A DNA stretch of 64,000 bases from the NCBI RefSeq assembly GCF_003918875.1, contig NW_025767157.1:1488001-1552000 (forward strand), written 5' to 3'. The notes under the pieces were generated by a model. That model did no database searches and was not told where the DNA came from. It worked only from the letters and a program-made list of their open reading frames with translations. Source of the DNA: Haliotis rubra. Lineage: Eukaryota. The first letter of the stretch is position 1. Every line of letters starts with the position of its first letter. Shown here in pieces: positions 48,801-64,000 of the stretch. A program made the translations under genes and the position numbers.

Positions 48801-51594
48801 GCTACCAACATTCGTCTCACCGATTCCAGATCCTCAGGCATGGGCAACAGATGTTCTAAGCATATCATGGGAAGGACTACGCTTACGTGTTTCCGCCTCC
48901 TGCACTACTACCACAAGTACTACAGAAAATCAAGCAGATGACTATGTTGCAACTGATTTTGGTCGCGCCCTACTGGCCAGCGAGGGTATGGTTTCCCGTC
49001 CTCATACAAGAACTCGGAAGTCCAACCCTGAAACTACCAGAGTGGTTGAACCTACTCATCCATCCACACACAAAGAACCCGACACTGTTCCAGCTACACG
49101 CATGGAGCGTATTAAAGCTTGCCTGAAGACTAGAGGGTACTCCGCAAGAGCAGCGAAAGCAGTAACACTAGCTCTACGCAGAACAACTCGCAACTTGTAC
49201 GACGACAAGTGGCAGAGATTTGAACAATATGCAAAGAGGAAAGTCTTTACAGCGGTGAAAGTAACACATCCTCAAGTGGCGGAATACTTATGTCATCTAC
49301 GACAGACGAGACTCTTAAAAGGTTCAACACTCTCAACGTACTTAGCTTTCCTCAGTACAGTTATCACCATGAAAATGGGTATCAAGCTGACCAAAGTACC
49401 AGAGATTCTGGCACTACTACCTGCTCAAGTTGGAAGACCAACAAAAGAAATTTAAGTTGGAAGACCAACAAAAGAAATTTAAGGCTCCTGCCTGGGATCT
49501 CAATATAGTTTTATCAACATCTCACCAGTGATGCCTGGCCACTGGGCCTCTAGAGCGGACATCCTTTGAACTACTAACTCAGAAAGCCTCCAATCCACAT
49601 GAAGTCAGAGCCCTGTTCCTGATCGCAAATTGATATCTTTCTAGCAACAGCTGCAAGGATGTCAGAAATACATGCTCTAGACTCGCGAACACGCCTGGCC
49701 CATATCAATTGAGCGGTTTGTCGAGATCCGGTGTCCCAGTCCTGTCGCCGCCGTTAACGATTTGAATCAAGGGTATTTTACAGTTTTTTCGTCGAATCGT
49801 TTGGTTAGGAAATCTGCAACCAGGGAATCCAGAACGCATTGTTTGGGCCACTTGACCCACCACCGTTTCCGGCTGGAAGCGGATTCTGCAAGCATAATTA
49901 GCATGAGTCAGGATAAGGAAACGAAAATATGTAAGTTTTCTGACTAAAATTGATATTTTATACTTATCCTGACTCATGAGGTTAGCTCATGAGGTTAGCC
50001 CCTCCCAACCTCCCCTCTTATGGCACTCGAGATTTCCCTGTAAATCCGGGTGTCGGGCTTACATACGGAGAGAGTGACAAATATGGCCTATCATGTGACC
50101 ATTTGGGCGCCAAAGGGAGGAAAGGGACGCTACTCCTGGGTGAGTGATTTTACGTCCGCTTTCTTAAAGGGAACTTCAAGGGATTTCAAGTGTTCCACTA
50201 TCATTCGCAAGAGGAAGGAGACAAGCATAATTAGCATGAGTCAGGATAAGTATAAAATATCAATTTTAGTCAGAAAATTACATCTTGGTTGTTAGGACAG
50301 TTGAATTCATACAGAATTGCAGATCATGAACCTGCAATTTTCATGTGTTTTCATATAGAATGGAGAGATTTGTCAGTCAAATGTATTTCTTCTAGCAGCC
50401 TCATGCTTTGAGAGTTTGTCAGAATGTGACTGCATCAATCTGTGGTTTCTGTAATTGAAGGGTTTGGACAGAGCTTGGAAGTTAATCTCTTAAGGACTCT
50501 TTTTCTTGCCTTCTTTTTGTGCATCTATCAAGGTCAAAGTCTGATCAAGAGCTGGGTTAGTTGCTAGCTTGGTAAAACTGAATGTCATCGAATATTGGTA
50601 CTTTTAATGACCTTCAGGTATGTAATGATTTCTGGAGCCTTTAAATGTCAGTTTAGCGGGTTGCTTTTGTTTACATGTACTTACCAAGATCAATGTCCTT
50701 TGACAATGTCGAAAAGGTTATTAATTATAGCGTCTGTTTACAGTTCGGGTTTATCCAGTATGAGGTAGAAGAAGGCAAGAAGCTGTTCTTCCATATGACA
50801 GAAGTCCATGATGGAGCTGAAATTCAACCAGGGAATGAAGTGGAGTTTGTCGTCGTTCAAAACCAAAGAAACGGAAAATACTCAGCCTGCAGTCTCAGGA
50901 AAATCACGTAAGCTTATTTAAACATTTGCTAATTATATGAAAAGTACACATGATTACCACCTTTTATGGGTAACAAAGTCAGAATCTTTTACAGGGATAT
51001 AACATACAAGAGAACTGTTTTCCTTTACCATTATAGACCATGCTGACATATAATGTTGCCATTTAAAGAAGTCATTCAGATTGGTAGGGTATTGGGTAAA
51101 GCTATTGTTTGTCACTCCAGACCTGGGTTTGATACCTGTTGGGGGGGGAGTGGGTTGGGGGAATGTGTGAAGCTAGTTTGGGGGCATTATTCCTTTCTGC
51201 AGTATCCATGGAATAATGCTAAAAGTGTCATGTGACCTTTATCACTGATGCTATGATCATCCAAGTTTAGTATGGGTTCTTTGCAGGGGATTCTGATTTA
51301 TATCAAGCAAAGAAGGGTTGAAAAGTTGATGTTTATTGACAGAATTAGTTACTCAAACGGTGTATGAAGACGAAGTGCCTGATTGAAATGGTTCTACTAG
51401 GTCCACTAGTCATTCCATCATGAATGTCTGTTCTTTTCCCCAGAGACCATCAGCGCCCAGAACGCCTTATCAGTCGGCTGAAAAGTATGTCAGATGAGGT
51501 TGGGCAACGCATGATGATCATCAGAGCACCCAAAGGCCCAGATAACACAAAAGGCTTTTCTCAGCCAAGACAGCCATGGACACCAACTGTTTGA
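30828..51594 (+). CDS. CSDE1: Cold shock domain-containing protein E1 (UNR)
   Basis: Sixteen coding exons: 30828-30863, 31519-31653, 32117-32213, 32356-32516, 32878-33035, 33551-33764, 34760-34929, 41593-41764, 42284-42427, 43245-43380, 43624-43745, 44432-44603 (1 nt short), 46207-46333, 46666-46962, 50744-50907, 51444-51594. Five canonical CSDs with (Y/F)GFI...FFH motifs and a C-terminal SUZ-C motif [14 protein letters not shown]. Confidence 0.95.
33336..33502 (+). mobile_element. tRNA-derived SINE family A
   Basis: Full length; 12-bp TSD cagactattccg at 33324-33335 and 33503-33514. Confidence 0.92.
34230..34479 (+). mobile_element. SINE family C (non-tRNA-like head; V-domain/RUDI-like from recall)
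   Basis: acccgtgaagatcc...tgcttgtcgtaagaggcggctaac...tail gctggaatattgc...ggcgtaaaactaaactcactcact; 12-bp TSD tcatgtttagtg at 34218-34229 and 34480-34491. Confidence 0.85.
34491..34630 (+). mobile_element. SINE family A, tail-less copy
   Basis: Head and core match family A; the family C copy lies directly in front of it. Confidence 0.8.
35043..36338 (+). mobile_element. Helentron-associated element (HINE family Y) with ~151-bp internal satellite units
   Basis: 5' tgtcccccgccgc and 3' gcggcgggggaca subTIRs, terminal hairpin ttgccatatcagtggcaa, tandem units containing gaccttgacc...tcaaggtca. Interrupted by a SINE. Confidence 0.85.
35246..35557 (+). mobile_element. SINE family B, 5'-truncated, inserted in a HINE satellite unit
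   Basis: 13-bp TSD tttcaaactcttg at 35233-35245 and 35558-35570. Confidence 0.9.
36664..41460 (+). mobile_element. DIRS1-type retrotransposon, family 1 copy B (degenerate), in a CSDE1 intron
   Basis: ITRs 36664-36837 and 41249-41460. Cys-rich gag. RT N-terminal stub ([12 protein letters not shown]...[16 protein letters not shown]), RNase H ([26 protein letters not shown]), methyltransferase-like domain (VDLF...DW...[10 protein letters not shown]...[11 protein letters not shown]), recombinase N-terminal domain (YEDRW...[14 protein letters not shown]) and YR fragments. RT core and ICR deleted; no TSD. Confidence 0.93.
42643..43127 (+). mobile_element. HINE family X, uninterrupted copy
   Basis: tatccccccggc subTIR, (TCCR)n microsatellite, two internal units, 3' gggggatctgtc...hairpin...cttgtt. 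Confidence 0.82.
44639..44990 (+). mobile_element. SINE family B
   Basis: Full-length match to the 22918 copy; imperfect TSD caaaaccccatg / caaaaacccatg. Confidence 0.9.
45309..46156 (+). mobile_element. HINE family Y, second copy (~4.5 units of ~151 bp)
   Basis: Same termini and unit as 35043-36338; unit starts at 45371, 45523 and 45674. Confidence 0.87.
46496..46656 (+). mobile_element. SINE family A, diverged, abutting a CSDE1 splice acceptor
   Basis: Head ggggtagtggggtagcctagtg; tail actcagtcagtccctcac; flanks tgttgacag and tgtttacag. Confidence 0.8.
47108..50283 (+). mobile_element. DIRS1-type retrotransposon, family 2 (internally deleted), in a CSDE1 intron
   Basis: ITRs ~47108-47294 and 50067-50283; ICR 49889-49978 complementary to both termini. 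Cys-rich gag start, RNase H ([52 protein letters not shown]), MT-like domain (IDLFAT...FPPPALL...[11 protein letters not shown]), recombinase N-terminus and [15 protein letters not shown] missing. ITR sequence is unrelated to family 1. Confidence 0.93.
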
Positions 51595-53629
51595 GTTTGA
51601 AGCTAAAGTCGATGTCAGTTTTGCTGTCTTATGCAGATGAACAAAAAAAAATATAAGTTATAAAAAATAGTCACTAACTGTCAAAGTGTCTTTCATTTCT
51701 ACATTTTTGTGCCTCAAAAATGCCTATCCTATGTCTTTGATTCCTCTACGGAGGCCAATGGCTCCCCTTATTGTATGTGTGCATGTATGTATGTATGTTT
51801 GAATGTATGTGTGTGTCAGCTGTCCAAGTGAGAGACCCAAATCCTGATGTAGTAGACAGAAATGAAATCCTTGTTTGGCTGTTGCTTTTGAATGTGACAC
51901 AATTTTATGAAAAAAAGGTTCAACAAAACCAAAAAAATATTTAAAAAACTTCCCAGTTGTTAAATGTGTAAAAGATGTTTTCTTGCCTGTGAAAGGCTTT
52001 AGATACTTTTCCTTGTGTTTTGTTTTTTCTTCTCCAATTTTTTTATCATTTACCCTGCCTTATAAGGCTAAAATGGGCAATTTTCAGGTGGCGTTTTTAT
52101 CATGAAGTTTTTTGAATTTGTGGAGTTGGTGAGCTGACGAAGGAAGCACTAATTTCATGTTTGGTTTCATGCATAAGTTTGGGCCAGACTTTTACCATCA
52201 TTGTTGTGTACAGATTAACCATAGTTCGCTGCAATGCTGAGACAACTGTGCATAATGTATAATGTGACATTAACTAATGTATGCCATACCTGTAATAACA
52301 CATTACAATCATGAGTATCATCTGTGTAAACAGCATATTGTTAAGCAATTTATGATGGAACAATGAAAGATTTGTAACACTGATTGCAGCTATTTATCAT
52401 CATGTAGAGGATCACATATCAGCATTGATAGATTGCTAATCACATGCTCACTTGACTACCGACGGACTGTGTTCCTGTAGACAAAGTGCTGGCTTTGTGA
52501 TGCTGTTGTTACATTGTGCCTGCTTATGATTTAATATCCAAGAAACAAGTTCACTATGCTCATGAACCCTCCATAACGTCCAAATAAGCCTGCCTAATAC
52601 TGGTCTTGGAGGAAGCAACAATGTTATGGCTCACCAAAAAAAAAAAGGAGAAAAAAAAAGATTGGTTCTCAGGCAATGACTTTTGGAAAAGATGGTCCAG
52701 GCAGGCTAATTTGTTGGGTTTTTGGGGTGGGGTGGGGGGTGAGGTGGTGGTGCTATGTCCAAACTAGTATGTTACTAATTAAACGGATATCAAACCAACC
52801 AACCCGGGAAGGTATCTCCGTACATTATTTCAGTTGTTGATGGGAAAATACTGACAAATCAGTTGTCTTTTGTCAAATTTGAGCAGTTTGAGGCCTCCTT
52901 AGTAATTCTTCAAGCAGGAGCCATATATTCTGTGAATGTGCTCCTATCATTGCATTAGAAAGAATTCAGGCATTTATAACAAGATAATTACACAGTAAAT
53001 GTCATTTCTCCACATAAACAATGCAAATAAATACAGAAAATAAAGGCAACTATAAATCATGATACCCCATCATGTTAAGCTGTGCTTTGTCAGCAATTTC
53101 ATTCACATTGACCAAGTTTGCAAATGGCAAAACAAGCACACAAACTCTCCCTACCACCATGAATGTAACACTAAGTATGCATTGTAGCAATGTAAAAATA
53201 AAGGGGTAACTGTGTATTATATTGTGTTATTTTAATACTGCAGCATGTCACTGCTGAGGCCATCTGTTCGACACAGAATATTTACAAGTTGGGTTTTTTC
53301 AAATTAGAAGCAAAAATGAAATGTATAGTAGTGCCTGAGAACCAAGACTGGGGTTTTTTTAGCCTTAAAAGAAACTATTTATTGAAACTACTCCCTTTCT
53401 GTTATTATTCTTTGATTTTGGCAATCTGAAACCTTTAGATACTAATTTATATGTAATAACCATGAAACTGTCTGCTCAATGGCTGAGATTATGTTGCATA
53501 TTGAGGCAACAGCACTGAGCCATTCTGCGCAGGACTACTTAGGTCCTTGATGGAAAGACTGCGATACTTGTTACGTTTTCTTGTATTGCAACTAAATGCA
53601 ACAAGATCATCTGCCAGGCTTGCCTGAGA

Positions 53630-53640
53630 AATAAAATAAA
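53630..53640 (+). terminator. Overlapping AATAAA poly(A) signals, probable end of the ~2-kb CSDE1 3'UTR
   Basis: aataaaataaa followed ~15 nt later by the GT-rich ggtgtttgtggtt. Confidence 0.55.
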
Positions 53641-54747
53641 TCAACCAAACAGGTGTTTGTGGTTAATTTCATGGATGGATTGCATATGATATCCCACATA
53701 TGTAAAGCAATGCACACATACTCGTAACCCATTATTGGACAAGAAAATTAAAAATTACATGCATCTGTTATTGTGACCATCATGAGAAGTTAGGTTCAGT
53801 AGATCTGGTCAGTACGTATAAATGTTAGTGGCAGTTAAATAGATGTGAAGCTGCCAGCACAACATTGGTATTATATACAAGAGAAGCCTGTGTTACGTGT
53901 GGATTCCCATGTCAAATAAGTAAAGAACCACACATGATCAATGATTAATCTACAAATCATATTGCAACACATGAGGAAATGGGTCAGATATGTGGCAACA
54001 GCAAAATATAACCAGTCCTCTTGGTATTACTAATGTCTCGATGCACATAATCCCTTCAACTCGGGGCAAGTAGAGGTCTTGGACGGTCTCAAATTACCCT
54101 GATCTCACTCTTGCTTTCTTGAAACTGTTACCTTGCTGAACAACCAAATCAGTCAAGTGAATATCTCCTTGAGATGTAACACAACCCACCCCCACCCCCA
54201 TGCAAAATCAAAGTATTTTTTAAAACATATCCTTTTACTTAGAATATGCAGTGTAAAACACTTGTATACACACTAAGAGGACCAGTCTCACTTTAATTTG
54301 AAATGCCTAGCACATTTTAACATGGGGTGAGTGAGTATTTTACTATTCAGACCACTTGTATACACACTAATCTCAAAGTTGCCTATATCTTGTAGAGCAG
54401 GCAACAAATGAATGACCTTTATACATTGTATATTTCAATAGACACCTGATGTTTTCTAGTGGGTATTGTGACACCTAGCCTTCCAATTGTTGTATTCTCA
54501 GACTTGCTTTGAGTGGTACAGTTTACACCACAACAATCCTCAAAGTGGTGAAATGACGTAATTTCAGCCATAATTTCAGTCTCCTGATGTGGTCAACCAT
54601 CAAGTAACATGCCTTCTTATCACCTAACCTCAAATGTCGATGGAAGTAGATCTGAAACAATGGCACAACACTCTCAACCTCTTGAATCCACTTTTGAGGT
54701 TCTCACAAGGATTCAAGTATGTTTACAAAGTTAGTCGCCTCTTGCAG

Positions 54748-55130
54748 TGTGTGAGTGAGTTTAGTTTTACGCCGCACTCAGCAATATTCCAGCTATATGG
54801 CGGAGGTCTGTAAATAATCCAGTCTGGACCAGACAATCCAGTGATCAACAGCATGAGCATCGATCTGCGCAATTGGGAACCGATGACATGTGTCAACCAA
54901 GTCGGCGAGCTCGATCACCCGATCCCATCAGTCGCCTCTTACGACAAGCATACTCACCTTTTGTGGCAAGCATGGGTTGATGAAGACCTATTCTACCCCG
55001 GATCTTCACAGGAGTTGCCTCTTACAACAAACGTGGGTTACTGAAGACCAATTCTAACCCGATCCCGTTAGTCGCCTCTTACAACAAACATGGGTTACTG
55101 AAGACCTATTCTAACCCGGATCTTCATTGG
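54748..55130 (-). mobile_element. SINE family C with adjacent partial head duplications
   Basis: Reverse complement of the 34230 copy over 54748-55012, then two repeats of the head segment. Confidence 0.85.
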
Positions 55131-55528
55131 TTGTTCAGAAAGCTGATTCAGTTGGAATATGAAAACAAGTGGTGAATAATGTACATATAGAGAATCAGAA
55201 TTAGTTCTTCCAGTTTATTGCAAGTCCTGCTTGATCAGCAAAATATTTACCTTGTTTCAGTTATAATTGGCAACAAAACTGAAGCATTGACAACTGGTTC
55301 TGAATTGCAGCACTCAAATGCTTGTCTGACAAAGTAATAATAATAATATCACAATATAACACAAACTTTGCATCACGCTTGACAGGCCAGGTCAGCTATT
55401 TAAAGGTTAGTATTAGGAAAGTTATATTTTAAGCCATCATTGTATCTAGTTTCCCACCTGTAGAGGAATGTCTTACCTCACATACTGAACATTAAATGAT
55501 GCAAGCCTTCACAAACTAACCTGAATTA

Positions 55529-56770
55529 TCAGTCAATCTGAGAAAAACATAAATATTTGATTAATGAAGGTGGCAAGGGCAAATTAGACTCGCTGAACTT
55601 ACTCCTTGCTAAAGCGTGTTTAATAACTGATCGACAAATGGACTTGAGATTGATTGGTTTTGGTACATTACACGTAAATAATTGAGTGAATTCATCTTGA
55701 TCTCGTTCCATCAACCAGAATGTCACTTTGGAGTCGCAGACTGTGAAGATTGGCACAATTAGTTCATGTTTTTTCAATTGCAGCAAGCCACAGCTGAATT
55801 CTTTACAGCCTACAAGCTTCAAAGTTGTTGAACTGAAAAAATACACGTTGAAGAAAACATTTGAGGAATTGTCAATTACTCTGCAAGAAATGAGCATGGT
55901 GTCTCCACTTTGGCAGTATGTCATAGAGCAGTCTTGAAGGAACAGATATCTCAACTCCTCATCCTCACTATCTGAATCTGAATCTGTCCCTTTCTCCTGT
56001 ACTGTCAGATCAAGTTTTCTGGAACACTGCAGCACTTCCTTCTTAACTTGAAAATCGTACATACTAAACTTACATTTGGAGCAGTAGCTATCGAGCAATG
56101 CTGTCAGTAATTTGCAAGGGTGCTGTGGATCGAAAGCCATAAGCTGGAATTTCCGATCTCTGAAACTGCTCGGTGATGTTCCTATGATAGGATTCAGGTC
56201 TCCTATAGGGACGTGTTCCTGTGCTTTCTTACAAATGAGAAGTTTGGACCATTTCTTTGGGCTGAGTATTGTCTGAGGGAGCCTGAGTAGACACACCATT
56301 TTGTCTGGGCTGAGGAGACATTCTAGAGGCGACACTGCTGCGGAGTCCCGGAGGAAAAAGTGCTGAGTATCTTCGAAAGAGGTCACCTGCTCGGAACCTC
56401 GGTCAATCAAAACAAATTTTACATAACGTGCTTGCTTGTCGCTGGTGACGTATTGAGCAATACATATATCGCCAACACATCCTATGCAAGTCATCTGACC
56501 CAGCATTCGCCCAATCTCAAATTCACCAGGCAGTGAGAAGTAATGACAATGTTTATCAACCAAATGTTTCCGTGAAATTATTTCAGATTCACAATTGTTT
56601 TTGGCCTCAAATTCCCTCAACACAAACTTTCTCTCCTCACAATAGACGTGAATATTAATGAAACGCCCTGAACACATTCTGGCTTTGTCCCCATAAACAT
56701 GAAATGAGCATTGTCTCCTTCGGCTGACATTATTTCCGATAGAAGACTTTCTCGTCTCGAACTTCTGCAT
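55529..56770 (-). CDS. Intronless SOCS-box protein, 413 aa from the first ATG
   Basis: 1.24-kb uninterrupted ORF. The C-terminus PINLKSICRSVIKHAL...NLPLPPSLIKYL fits a BC-box plus LPLP cullin-5 box. Minus-strand AATAAA at 55219-55214. Start codon uncertain. Confidence 0.85.
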   Translation of the reverse strand: MQKFETRKSSIGNNVSRRRQCSFHVYGDKARMCSGRFINIHVYCEERKFVLREFEAKNNCESEIISRKHLVDKHCHYFSLPGEFEIGRMLGQMTCIGCVGDICIAQYVTSDKQARYVKFVLIDRGSEQVTSFEDTQHFFLRDSAAVSPLECLLSPDKMVCLLRLPQTILSPKKWSKLLICKKAQEHVPIGDLNPIIGTSPSSFRDRKFQLMAFDPQHPCKLLTALLDSYCSKCKFSMYDFQVKKEVLQCSRKLDLTVQEKGTDSDSDSEDEELRYLFLQDCSMTYCQSGDTMLISCRVIDNSSNVFFNVYFFSSTTLKLVGCKEFSCGLLQLKKHELIVPIFTVCDSKVTFWLMERDQDEFTQLFTCNVPKPINLKSICRSVIKHALARSKFSESNLPLPPSLIKYLCFSQID

Positions 56771-56826
56771 CTGTTCCGTCAACCTTCACCTTAAAAACAT
56801 TGACGACCTTCACCTTGTCAACAACC

Positions 56827-63762
<6,936 letters not shown>

Positions 63763-64000
63763 GTATGTAGGACACCATTAGCATGATGGAAGACATCTTA
63801 ACTAATGTAGAGGCATTTTAACTGTGGTGTGAAATCATTTTGACTGGTGTGGAAGTATTGGGACTGGTGTGGAAGTATTGTGACTGTGGTATGGCGAGGG
63901 TGACAGCTGCACACAACAGTTTTGAGTTTTGATGGAAACAAGAAACTCTGAACCATAGTTCTGTTTAAATACAGCTGCTGAAAGACTAATAACTAATAAC

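Noticed and set aside
49426-49482. 27-bp tandem duplication in DIRS family 2 (also the 20-bp duplication at 63841-63885)
   Set aside because: Ordinary slippage events with no further structure.
52670-52715. Possible SECIS element (ATGA motif in a 3'UTR stem)
   Set aside because: No properly spaced GA quartet and apical AA loop that I can support, and no in-frame internal TGA in CSDE1.

Overview
Eukaryotic genomic DNA. The SINE and HINE repeat families suggest a gastropod mollusc, possibly abalone (inference). Most ORF-track entries are exon fragments, repeat-derived or spurious. I reconstructed five host genes from GT-AG splice sites with consistent phases: (1) the last four coding exons of a conserved uncharacterised protein (+, 631-4635); (2) CHMP2A (-); (3) CSDE1/UNR (+), head-to-head with CHMP2A and carrying an apparent 1-nt frameshift in one exon; (4) an intronless SOCS-box gene (-); (5) the first seven coding exons of PRMT3 (+), whose ATG lies only 56 nt from the SOCS-box ATG. 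The region ~6-18.5 kb is a nested transposon graveyard: a Polinton-type PolB relic, an Ngaro-like gag fragment, and a HINE containing a DIRS1 element that contains a hAT element. Two more DIRS1-type tyrosine-recombinase retroelements sit in CSDE1 introns. The best novelty candidate is that DIRS1 elements of two different families appear to carry an in-phase spliceosomal intron in gag, conserved between diverged copies of one family. Other notable points are a SINE target-site duplication that copied a splice acceptor, long-range pairing in the CSDE1 3'UTR next to the poly(A) signal, a solo LTR with a duplicated triple hairpin, and a 5'-only RPL10 retrocopy. All calls were made by eye; no database searches were run.
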